From Nymphaea colorata (lineage: Eukaryota): 64,000 nt of DNA. The position numbers and the translations under genes were made by a program. The stretch is taken from positions 35,402,001 through 35,466,000 of the forward strand of contig NC_045138.2 of NCBI RefSeq assembly GCF_008831285.2. The letters are read 5' to 3'. Of the stretch, positions 53,001-64,000 are shown piece by piece (position 1 is the stretch's first letter; every line of letters begins with the position of its first letter). Under the pieces are notes generated by a model, which ran no database searches, was not told the origin of the DNA, and worked only from the letters and a program-made list of their open reading frames with translations.

Positions 53001-54860
53001 TGTTAGGAGCTGACCTCCATGGGAGATAATGTTGATCTTGTTCCTCCTTTGCCTCCCATTGGCGATTCCTTGAAAGAATTTGGTGTTGAGGTATCCATCC
53101 TTGATCCATTTGATTCTGGATTTTTGGCGCCAAAGGCGTTCTTCTTGGTGCAGGAACACCGAAAGTTGTCGCTTGAGGTTGCACTCTTCCTCTATCGTCT
53201 GAAGGTGGCCACTTTCAATCTAGGACTATAGGTATTTAAGTTTAGATTTGATATCCACAATATGGGGGGATAGATCATTGGCTCCACCTTTGCACCACAT
53301 CTTTAACTTGTCCCTGGTGGCCTCTAGTTTGTAAATGAGTTTAATCATTTCACAGCCTCTAATGTCTACTGTCCATGCATAATCAACTTGGTTTTTGTAC
53401 CCTGCCATGTCCATCCAGTATTGAAAATGCCGAAATGGGGTACGTCCCCAAGTTGAGTACCTACGCTTTGAAATGCAGAGCAGAATGGGGTTGTGGTCAG
53501 ATATTGTCCTATGGAGCACTTCCAGTTGCAGCAACAATTCTGGATTGTCCACCCATTCCTTAGAAACATAACATCTGTCGATCATGGACATCACATTATC
53601 TTTGCCCACCTAGTTATTAGTCCAAGTGAAATTTGTATCTTGGAAAGAAACTTCAGTTAACGCCGACGAGGTGACAAAGTTTGATAAGGCAATGCAGGCG
53701 TAGAGTGGCGGGGCACTCCCAGTTTTTTCATTGCTATTTAGCACTGCGTTAAAGTCGCCCACACATATAACAGCCTCACTGCACCAGTTCAAAGTATCAA
53801 GAAGGATAGGGAACAGGGTCTTCCTTATTCAAAAATCGGTGTGTAGATAAACCCCAAGAACAACAAAAGTTTGGCCTGTTGAGGGGATATAAAACTCGAC
53901 AATCCAATGGGGATGAGCATACCAGTTTTGGAGAGTCACTACCGTCGGATCCCAGAGGCCAATGATGCGCACCCAGGGTCCCGAAAGATGGATGTTGGAG
54001 ATTTGACAATAGTCTGGAATCTTAAACTGAAACTTCTGAAGTTGTTCCGCGTTAAGCTTGGAATCAATAGCAAAAGCAATGGAAGACTTCGTAGACCTAA
54101 GAGTACTTAAGAACTCATGTTGGGCTGGAGTAGAGGCCAGCCCGCGGATGTTCCAAGATAGGATCTTCATGGGCAAGGAGTTTCATGCCCCATCCTTACT
54201 TCTCTGACCGTTGTAATGGTAGAGAAGTCATCAGCCTTGTCCCCTGCCATCCCCTCAGGGAGACGCTGGGCTTCCTCGAAACCCATTTCCATGTCCTCTA
54301 AGGAAGGACCCTCCTGTTGGCCCTAGTCTAACCCTGCCATAGTTAGGTTCTCATCTTCTTTAGTCCTCCTTTCGACCGACTCAGAATTGTCACTCACGGT
54401 GGGAGGACTGGTTGGCTTCTTGGGTCCAACAACTTCCTTATGCTTGAGTGTTCTTTTCTTGGCCTTGTCAGCCAATTGGGCATTGATGGGAGATTTCATG
54501 GATTTAGAATGACTCCTTGTATCAGGTGAAGCCTGAGAGGGTCCCTGTATGCTTTTGCTTTCCAATTGCATTGGGTTTTGTTGAGGACCTGTCGCGCCCT
54601 TACTTCTACTCTGTATGTCTTGTGTGCCTGAATGATTACCATCTGTTTCGTTGTTAGCAGCAACCAACTTGCTTGATTCCTGCCCATGATTGTGTTTAGG
54701 GGCTGTTCCCCTCTTTTCAGAGCGACGGACATTCCTTTCCTCAACCTCTGTCCCCTCCACCATATTTGAGAGAGCTTCAAACTTGTTGTGTTTCGAATGA
54801 GAGTTTGGCTTTCCTTTAAAGGATTGGGATCTTCTCTTGAGAGTTAACGGTGCTCTTGTC
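50005..54860 (-). mobile_element. L1-clade LINE, 5'-truncated within ORF1, with a complete but disrupted ORF2
   Basis: ORF1 C-terminal remnant 54323-54763. ORF2: APE endonuclease (KILSWNIRGL, VGDFNAV, FTWTN, IDRCY, SDHNPI), RT (GPDGF, FRPISLC, KIDLSKAYDRVNW, LRQGDPLSPYLF, YADD), zf-RVT (CYVC..ISHLFFEC) and a degenerate RNase H-like tail (GVAGLIRDTVG). Boundaries approximate; no target-site duplication or poly(A) seen. Confidence 0.95.
50092..54176 (-). pseudogene. LINE ORF2 broken into six ORF-track fragments
   Basis: Fragments 53829-54176, 53610-53792, 53226-53609, 52041-53159, 51040-52050 and 50092-51021 are consecutive parts of one polyprotein. Confidence 0.93.
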
Positions 54861-55079
54861 CCATCACGCAGGAGCTATCAAAGTGGGTTGTGGATCCACA
54901 TTTATGACAGTACCTTCATTGTTAAAAAATTGAAAGAAAAGGAAGTGCACTTCCATTGTGCATGCATCAATTAGATCACTGGCCATTTAAGAAAAACTAC
55001 GGCAATAACAACAATAATAAAAAGAAAAAGGGTCCAGACATGTTGGGTTGGGTACCATACATACCAACTGCATTGCATT

Positions 55080-56805
55080 GCATGCATGCAGCATGCCGCC
55101 CCAGCAATAGCATTTCATTTCTGAACGTCAACCACATGCTCTGTTCTTTCGATTTACCAAATAAAAAATCAGAACAGATTAATAATCGTAGAGGGTTTGA
55201 TTAACCTAAACCGCTCATAAAAATTGTAAGTGCAGTGTATCTTTTTCGTGTGGCGCCACGATCCTCCTCTATTTTGTAATCGGGCAGCTGCACGTCATCG
55301 TTGCCGTGAAATTCTAGCTACTTTTATTCTTGAAAAAGCAAAAACTGACAACTGACAAGCTGACGTTAGGCGACACGTAGCGGAATATGTCATCGAATGC
55401 ATTTTTTAATCTCCTCGCTCCTACCCCAAAAAAGAAAAAAACTCCATAAATATTAAGTTTAACAACTCGAATAATAACTTGTGCTATCTTAGCGGCGAAT
55501 GCAGAGATAAGGGGGGAAGTTGATGAGGGAGAGCAGACCCCCAAGTACAAGTCCAAACAATCGGCTCGTACCGTTAAAAATAAATATATTTAAGATCTTC
55601 CTTTTTCCTCCTCATCGATAGATTCGTTCTATGCCATCTCATCCTCCCAGCATGCATTAATTTCGCAGAGTACTCTCAACATCTCATCTCATTCTTTCTT
55701 TCCTTCCTTGTTTTTACATCTTATCTTGTGTGCCCAAAGAAAGAAAGAAAAAAAAAAAACACCTCAGTCGATGAGCCTTGAATTTTCCCTTCTTTTTAGT
55801 TAGATTTTCTTCCTTCCTCCCCAGGAGAAGATCCAGGAGTCGGATTTCCTTTATTAGAGTAATTATATAGACGGTGTGTTTCTCAAGCAGCGAAAAAACT
55901 GATGTAGAAAGTCAAGTGAAAGACCTGTATTTGCCGCCCATTAGGTTCATGGGTCAACGCGCTTTGCTAACCAGGACCCTCCCTCTTTAATCACCCTTTG
56001 CATCGATCGTCGAGCATTAGACTCCATTTAATCTCTCTTCTCCAATTTTTATGCTTAGCAATCTTAAGATGAATACAACAAGTCATCTAAATTAGCTGCG
56101 TGTTTCCAAGACGTATCATCGGGCTCACACCTGAAATTTCTGCCCTATTACTTGTTTCTTCAGAACCTTAAAAAGTAAAAGGCATAATTCCACTAATGCG
56201 TCTGAACTTGCTTGGCAGTACAACTATAGAACGACCGACTACCATATATGTATGTTGACGCTGAGGCTAAAAAAAAATTTATGTGCAAAAACGAGCAGGT
56301 GTGTGCATAAGCAGGGGGGCCAGCAGGGGCACAATATTTTTTTTTAAAAAAAATTACATGTAAATTCAAAATAAAATGTTCTTCTTATATAAAAGTTTTT
56401 GAAAAAATATGTTTCGTCTTTTGTCAAAACTTTGAAATTAAAATTTAATCATCCTCATCAAAAATTTCTGCGTCCGTCCACCCTTGTATATATATATATA
56501 TATAATAAGAATGTATAAGACAGAAAAACAGTGCATTTAGCCCATCGTGGATGACTTAAAAATATTTGGGGCTCTAAACTTCTACGCAGCGCCGTTGGGC
56601 AAATCCAACTGATAAAGTTGGCCGAGTATCGAGGTCATAATTCTTGCCTTAATAGTGAATCTTTGGCCACTTTCACGCACATGATGTCAAAGCTTTGAAA
56701 AGATTCTTCGGTCTCCTAAATGCTTTCTCTCGCTGAGGCATATATCATAACTATGTCTCTAGATTTTTAGCTGTTTTCCCAATCATTAATTAGATGAACT
56801 GTATG
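55080..56805 (+). repeat. Duplicated non-coding segment, paralogue of 46910-48565
   Basis: Same colinear matches as listed for 46910-48565; contains extra insertions. Confidence 0.9.
56312..56486. mobile_element. MITE-like insertion
   Basis: CAGGGGGGCCAGCAGGGGC ... TCCGTCCACCCTTG with an AT-rich interior; absent at the paralogous site near 48260. Confidence 0.55.
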
Positions 56806-58377
56806 TATGTTTGAATAGCTGTTTTCAACACGAACTTGCTAATACAATACAAGTCTCCTGATCCGATGTTACATATGTATTTCTTCAGGATTGATTAATC
56901 ACTGAGATGAAAAGAGGCCACATTTTCGTAGTCGGTCCTTAACCCCGTGTTTGACAAACCTGCAACCGATTGGTAAGAGGGGAGCTGGAAATTAAGTGTT
57001 TTCAATACAAGATACGTTATTTAGTTCTAAACTGGGCAAATGTTTTCCACAATTAGGCAAGCGTGGCTTAACAAGCTCCTGGGTGTGCCTTTTAGCAGCC
57101 ACGTCTAATATTAATATTGAAAGGTAAGGTCTGCTCGTTGGAGCTATCTATCTATCGCTCTAATCATAAACAACCCATGCACTTGATTTGGTTGCAATCC
57201 CTTGGCGTTTAGTTGCAGACTTGAATTGGTGGTCTTGGGGAAGTGGCACGCGCGTTCACAATCCAGGTGGTGTGCCTTCAGCAACCCAGCAGAACTGGTG
57301 TGGCCGGGGATTTCATTTGTAGTATGGTTTGTTGGCAAGAGCCGCTTGCTATCTTCTCCCTGAGCTGGACAGATGAAGAGGTTGGGCTCGGTTACGGTCT
57401 TACCGAGTTTGAGTAGAGAAAACGAAGTAGTAAGCTCGTTCGGATAATGCAATCAAGTAAATTTTGGCACTAAAAAAAAAAAAAAGAAAAGAAAAAAGAT
57501 AGGAATTTGTTCACACCAAATCAAGAAAATTATTTACTCAATCACTTAGTAACTGGCCTAGGTGCGGATTTGATAGGCCTCAACCCATCTTCACTGCTTT
57601 TGATCGGACCGACTAATAAAACATTTTAAGAACAAGCTAGGATTTGCAGTATCGCAGACGAATGCGCAAACCCCTTAACATGTCTTAGAATCTTCAACAT
57701 ATAACTATTTTCAAGTCCTTCCGCATGTAGCACGTAAAATGAATGATTCGGTCTTATTAAGGTGCGTCTACAATCAATGACTGACTGCAACGATTACACA
57801 AACCCCTCAACATGTTAACATATGAATATTCTCATGTCCTTCCAGACACATACAATGATTCATTTGCAAATGAGCATGTTTTAGTGTTTAATTGATTGCA
57901 ATCTAGCCCTTTTTTACTTCACCAAGCCGGAATTGATTTAGTAAATGCACCGACAGAATAAGTTTCCACCAAACGATCGAAGGAGCTTAGGAATAAATTA
58001 AGAACCGATCTCCACTCCTCTACTATATCTTTTCTTCTTGAATATGTAAGGTTTTGAGCTAATCATTAGGAAACATGTCAGTACAGAAGGTCTGTGTGTT
58101 TTGAATATACGCCACAATTTGCACATACGATCGATCTAGTTGGAACGTAAGAGTCCAAGTTATTTAAATCAATCCTGATCTTAACAGTCAATATGACTAA
58201 AAACATGGACGTACGGATCTCTTTGGACATTAATGAAATTATTGGATCCTCGCCAAACTAATCCTACAAATCGCATGCGTGGGGGTTGAAGTCGTATGGT
58301 ATGACAATAAATTCACGCAATCTAAGCCCCTCTGCGCATGCCTTTTCCGCAAAAGGATTAAATGCTTACATGCATGC

Positions 58378-58783
58378 TGTCACGGGCTGACAACTTCGGC
58401 CCGTGCGGCGCAGCAAGAACCTGATTGCCGCAAGCCTTCAAACCACCGAACGAGGCGCAAAAGTAGTTTGAGAAAACAAGTGTATAAAGAATGCTTGTGA
58501 ATAAAGAAATCTCGCAATGTATTCGCTTGAAGAATTAGTACATCACGAGAAAGATAAGTAAGGACAATGATCTCGACTTTACTTATGTAGGATGGCCGAA
58601 GCCGCTTACAGGATTCCCATGCCGACCACCCAAAACAAGAAATCTCAATACTTGACACTTAGACCGGTGGGAGGGTACTCCCTTACAAGTAAACATGCAT
58701 AAGCAAATGACTCAACATAAGCAAAAGAAGCACAATGCAAAACAAAGCAAAGGACTGTACAGACTCCCAGACACAGGGGAACA
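58378..58783 (-). repeat. 3' LTR
   Basis: TGTCACGGGC...GGGGAACA; about 14 substitutions relative to 63503-63908. Confidence 0.97.
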
Positions 58784-58799
58784 GGCTCCCCCCTTCAAG
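58784..58799 (-). other. Polypurine tract
   Basis: Minus strand TTGAAGGGGGGAGCC directly before the 3' LTR. Confidence 0.9.
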
Positions 58800-61700
58800 T
58801 TAAGCGCCGTCCTCGGCGCCAGCAGTTTCATGATAGGCCTTGACTTCCAGCTGGTAGCGTTGCTTCATGCGGAATGCATACTCCCAGGTGGGGTTGTGTT
58901 CGCCTATCCACTTCACTTGGTACTTCTTCGGCTCCCCCAAATAGTTTGTCTTGTGCCGAAGAATTTCTTCCATCTGACGGTCCACCGCTCGCTTGGTCGG
59001 TGGGGCTCGCTGCAGGATCGGGTCTCGTTCTGGAACGCTTCGCTCAGGGTCTTCATCATCGACATAGAAGGGCTTCAGGTTACAAACATGGAACACTGAA
59101 TGCACCTTAAAGTCTGGCGGCAAATCTAGCTTGTAGGCTAGCTTTCCGATTCTCTTCAGCACTGTGAAGGGTCCCTCATACTTGCGGATCAATGACCTGT
59201 GTCGACCACAGAAAATGCCCGTGCGATAAGGGTAGAGTTTTACGAGGACTTGATCACCCACCCGGAATTCCATTGGCCTTCGATTCCGATCTGCAAACTT
59301 TTTCATCTTTTTGGCAGCCTTGTGTAAGAACGCCTTAGCCATTTCCGTCTGGTCCTGCCAATCGCGAACGAACTGATAGGCAAAAGTGGGTCTTCCCTTT
59401 TCTTGGGCTGCAAGGGTATGTGGCATCAACGGTTGTTGTCCAGTGGCTATTTCGAATGGACTATGTCCAGAAGACTCGCTCTTCTGCAAATTATAGCAAA
59501 ATTGACCTACATCCAACAATTTCACCCAATCTTTTTGATTCGCACTGACATAGTGTCGAAGGTATTGTTCCAACAATCCGTTGATTCGTTCAGTTTGGCC
59601 ATCCGTTTGAGGGTGGAAACTTGTTGAGAATAATAAATCCGAACCCAACAAACGAAATACTTCGCGCCAAAATTTCCCTGTAAAGCGAGTGTCCCGATCA
59701 CTGACAATGCTTTTCGGCACGCCCCAATGCTTGACAATATGCTTCACGAACAACTCGGCCGTCTTTTCCGTGGGACATTCTTTAGAGGCTGGGATGAAGG
59801 TGGCATACTTTGAAAATCTATCCACAACCACAAGGATGGAGCTGAAGCCGTCAACTTTGGGCAAGCTGACGATGAAGTCCATGGAGAGGCATTCCCATGG
59901 ACGTTCTGGAATAAGAAGAGGCTCCAGGAGACCAGCAGGCTTCTGGTTTGTTCCCTTGGCCTGCTGACAGATCAAGCATGTTTTCACATATGCTTCAACG
60001 TCATCGCGCATCTGTGGCCAGTAGTAGCCACGTTCGAGCAGTGCCAGTGTCCGCTCCTGGCCAGGATGGCCAGCCCATAACGAGTCATGACAATCCTTCA
60101 GCAACTCTCGTCGGAGATTGCCCCATCTGGGCATGAACACACGTCTGCCCTTTGCCATCAAAAGTCCATCTTGTAGCCAAAATCGTCGCGTCTTTCCCGC
60201 CTCCGTTGTTTCGACCAAGTGCTTGGCCACTGGGTCCTGCTTCATGTCTTCTCGAATCCGCCCGAGAAGAGCACCCTCGAGTTGCGCTTCAGATGATGCC
60301 GTCCGGGTAGCTGCCAACTCCGCCTTCCGACTCAGTGCATCGGCTACAACGTTTGTCTTCCCTGCCTTGTATTCCAAGGCAAAATCGAATTCTGCAAGGA
60401 ATTCCTGCCATCGAGCTTGCTTCGGACTCAACTTCTTTTGAGTCTGGAAGTAGCTTGTAGCTACATTATCAGTTTTTACCACGAATTGGGACCCCAATAA
60501 GTAATGCCTCTATGTGCGAAGACAATGAATAATGGCCGTCATTTCCCTTTCATGCACGGAGTACCGTCGCTCCGCGTCTTTCAGCTTCCGACTCTCATAG
60601 GCAACTGGATGACCTTCCTGCATCAAAACTCCACCAATGGCAAAATCTGATGTATCCGTGTGGACTTCAAATTTCCTTGTGTGGTCGGGCAACCTGAGCA
60701 CAGGCTCCTGTGTCAGGGCCCTCTTCAACTTGTCGAAGGCATCTTCTTCGAGCTCTTCCCAAGCCCAAGTTCGGTTTTTCTTCAACAAATCAGTGAGAGG
60801 CGCAGTTATCAAAGAATACCCCTCAATGAATCGTCGATAGTAATTTGCCAAACTGAGAAAAGAACGTAGTTTCGGTACATTGGTTGGCGGTTTCCAGTCT
60901 CGAATTGCCCTCACTTTTTCTATGTCCATTCGCAGCTGACATTTTCCCACAATGTGACCGAGAAAACTGATTTCTGATTGGCCGAATAGGCACTTCTCGC
61001 GCTTCACATAGAGTTCGTTTTCCTCCAATACCTTGAACACTGTTCGTAAGTGTTCCACATGGTCCCTCATGGAGCTGTTGTACACTACAATGTCATCAAG
61101 ATAGACTACCACGAACTTATCTAAATACGGATAGAATATCTTATTCATTAGAGTCGAAAAAGTGGCTGGGGCATTCGTCAACCCGAACAGCATTACCAAG
61201 AATTCAAAGGCACCGTAACGAGTGACGCAAGTGGTCTTTGGCTCGTCGCCATCAACAATCCGAACTTGCCAATATCCTGATTTGAGGTCTAACTTGGAAA
61301 ACACTTGAGTTTTGCCTAGTTGATCAAACAGATCTGCAATCAAAGGTAAGGGGTACTTGTTCTTCACTGTTACCTTGTTCAACGCTCGATAATCCACACA
61401 TATAGCCTTTTGGAGCCGTCATGTTTCGCTTGGAATAACATTGGTGCACCAAAAGGAGCTTTGGAGGGTCTGATTATACCTCCAGCTAGCATCTCGTCCA
61501 ACTGTCGCCGAAGTTCTCTTAATTCTGCAGGGGCCATTCGATATGGTGCCATTGCCGGGGGTTTGGCACCAGGAAGGAGTTCGATGGCATGATCCACCTC
61601 ACGTCGAGGTGGCAGCCGTCTAGGGAGCTGCGCGGGCATTGTTCCTGCGAATTCCGCTAAGATAGGCGCAAGCGCCTCTGGGACCAAACCAGGGGAGTCA

Positions 61701-63319
61701 TTAGTCACTTCCCTGATTGCCACCAAGTACGTTTCTTCGCCGTGCTTGAGGTCTTTCTTCAATTGAAGGGTAGATATCATTGCGGCTTTTCCCTTATCTC
61801 TCTTTATCGATGTTACTGGAACCATACAAGGGGACTTCTCATCCATGATACTGATACTGCGTAGGTGCGGCATTGGGACAATTTTCGCAGTACTGAGGAG
61901 CTCCATGTCTAGGATCATCCGGAAATCATCCATCGGGACCACCGAGAAGTTGGCCCTTCCTGACCAACTCTCAATCTTCACAACCGCATCCCGGGCCACT
62001 CCGTGGATGGGTTTGGCCTCTGAGTTAACCACCTTCATGCATAACTCTCTCCTCTCAAGGGTTAGGCCTAGTCTCCTTGCCTCCTCAACTGAGACAAAGT
62101 TATGTGTGGCTCCCGTGTCTACCATAGCCAGGGTAGACCTTCCATTTACCAGGATTTCCAAGTACATGAGATCGTTAGAAGGTGTTGCTGTCACCTTCAC
62201 TTTTTTCTCCCTTTTTATGGTGTTCAGAAGTTGAAGTGCACCCATCTTTGGTCTTTCCCCTTCTTCACCTTGTACCGCATTAGCAGATTGCCTTGAAGAG
62301 CTTGCTTGATTGTCCCTGTTTCCACGCTTTGGACATTGCCTTCCTAAGTGATTGCCATCACAAAACCAACATTTCAACACTCTATTCTGAGAGTTGTCGT
62401 TTCTGTGAAAGAAAGTTCTTCTTTCGACTTGGCGCTGAGTTGATGGTTCATCTTTTCGTTCCCTTCGATCATCTTTCTTTCCTCCATGGTCAGGCTTCCT
62501 CGACGGCTTGAAGGCGTTAGTGTAGCTCTTGCGCTGAGTATCAGCCAAACGTTCTGCTACCACATAAGCATCCTCCAAGGTCTCCGGATTACTCCTTTCC
62601 ACTTCGGATTGTGCCCACGACTGAAGTCCCAAAATAAACCAGTTCAATTTATCTTGTTCTTGCATATCTGGCACATCTAACATCAGCCTTTGATAGGCCC
62701 ACACGACGTAATCTCGCAAGGATCCGATATGTTTCAATTCACCAACCATCCGATAGGCATGGCGTGTCGCATTCGGGGGCATAAAGTAAGTTCTCAACTC
62801 TTGCTGAAAATCATCGAAAGTGTCTATTGTGCAGATCCCCTTTTGAATGTCGAGCCTTTTCCTTCTCCACCATGCCACCGCGTCGCCCTCTACCAACATA
62901 GCCGTTGTCTTGACTTGAAGGTCGTCCCCCATAACGCCTTGCAAGTCCAGGTAATACTCCACTTGGAATAAAAAGTTGTCGATCACTCGACTATCCCGAG
63001 TTCCATTGTATTTAGCTGGTCTCTGAACGTCGACCATCGCTGGCCGATCGTCACCTCCACCTACAGAGATTTGTCGCTGTAGTGTGCGGTTCTTTACCTG
63101 AAGTTCCTTGACTTCAGCCTGTAACGCGGTCACTGTGTCAGTCAGTGCCCGATTCATGGCCACTAGGTCGGCCATTTGTTCCCGTAGTACCTTCATCTCG
63201 TCCTTCATTTCCCTGAAGGACTCAGCTGCATTACCCAACGCTTCTTCATGAGTAGTTACGTCGGTAGCCAGCTTGTTCACCATCTCGGTCAGGTCTTCCT
63301 GACCCTGTGATGTACCCAT
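58800..63319 (-). pseudogene. Gag-pol polyprotein with one frameshift (about 61400) and one premature stop (60510-60512)
   Basis: Gag with CWFCDGNHLGRQC knuckle, protease MVDTGA, RT DYRALNK...YLDD, RNase [12 protein letters not shown], integrase HDSLWAGH..CLIC, SMDF/SDRD/GQTER, EGPF, chromodomain YQVKW..PTWE. CLRT*RHYLL has TAG where W is expected. Confidence 0.95.
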
Positions 63320-63487
63320 CTCGTCAGAATGGGCTACCCCCTTGCCCTTGGCACTTCGCAGATTGTATTGACTCGCCAGGGCTTCTTCCTCTTCGATCAG
63401 TGATCGTCGGAGGTCTCTTTCGATCAACGATCGTCGGCGGGTAGTTCTACACCGACTATCCAACCGCTTCCTCAGATTGCCGAACCT

Positions 63488-63500
63488 GGCTCTGATACCA
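63488..63500 (-). other. Primer-binding site (tRNA-iMet)
   Basis: Minus strand TGGTATCAGAGCC, 2 nt after the 5' LTR. Confidence 0.95.
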
Positions 63501-63502
63501 GT

Positions 63503-63908
63503 TGTCACGGGCTGACAACTTCGGCCCGTACGGCGCGGCAAGAACCTGATTGCCGCAAGCCTTCAAACCGCCGAACGGGGTGCAAAAGTAGTTTCAAAAA
63601 ACAAGTGTATAAAGAATGCTTGTGAATAAAGAAATCTCGCAATGTATTCGCTTGAAGAATTAGTACATCACGAGAAATATAAGTAAGGAGAATGATCTCG
63701 ACTTTACTTATGTAGGATGGTCGAGGCCGCTTACAGGATTCCCATGCCGACCACCCAAAACAAGAAATCCCAATACTTGACACTTAGACCGGTGGGAGGG
63801 TACTCCTTTACAAGTAAACATGCATAAGCAAATGACTCAACATAAGCAAAGGAAGCACAATGCAAAACAAAGCAAAGGACTGTACAGACTCCCAGACACA
63901 GGGGAACA
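63503..63908 (-). repeat. 5' LTR
   Basis: TG...CA, 406 bp, followed on + by CATGC. Confidence 0.97.
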
Positions 63909-64000
63909 CATGCATTGATGAAAATAAAAAGATGAAGGCCCCAAAGGAATTTGCTCTACACACCATTCTAGGCATAAAGTATGTATATATATATCTTTGC

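Larger units (their letters stand above)
58378..63908 (-). mobile_element. Full-length Ty3/Gypsy LTR retrotransposon, chromovirus (Galadriel-like), 5531 bp
   Basis: Two 406-bp TG...CA LTRs, CATGC target-site duplication (58373-58377, 63909-63913), primer-binding site, polypurine tract and gag-PR-RT-RH-INT-chromodomain order. Lineage label is from remembered motifs and is less certain. Confidence 0.98.

Noticed and set aside
23370..54860. Idea that the minus-strand LINEs at 23.4 kb and 50 kb, each between two motif-X blocks, are one insertion copied by the duplication
   Set aside because: They are far more diverged from each other than the duplicated blocks are, and the 50-kb copy is much more intact; independent insertions are more likely.
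55815..55850. Minus-strand PTPGSSPG, resembling CEP peptides (also TPGSSP in the other two copies)
   Set aside because: In all three copies the frame is closed by a stop a few codons upstream, with no signal peptide or GVGH ending.

Overview
Plant (angiosperm) nuclear DNA; the species cannot be determined from the sequence. The only intact host genes are two tandem minus-strand EIN3/EIL ethylene-response transcription factors: EIL-A (34641-36479, 612 aa) and EIL-B (40586-42457, 623 aa), each with an intronless CDS and a predicted 5'UTR intron. They lie in an old, decayed tandem array. Non-coding blocks flanking EIL-A recur in the same order at 16.7-19.7 kb with no gene between them (a 'ghost' unit). 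Other blocks recur three to four times (21.7, 29.8, 39.2, 46.9-48.6 and 55.1-56.8 kb). The first 7.8 kb contains co-oriented, intron-retaining, broken exon fragments of three unrelated enzymes (mitochondrial phosphatidylserine decarboxylase, a YnbB/methionine-gamma-lyase-family protein, KHG/KDPG aldolase), resembling transposon-captured gene cargo; none appears in the ORF track as such. Mobile elements: a complete Ty3/Gypsy chromovirus (58378-63908, 406-bp LTRs, CATGC target-site duplication), a long degenerate L1 LINE (about 50.0-54.9 kb), three LINE 3' fragments, an isolated LTR, MITEs and a possible SINE. All alignments and counts were made by eye and family assignments come from remembered motifs, not database searches.
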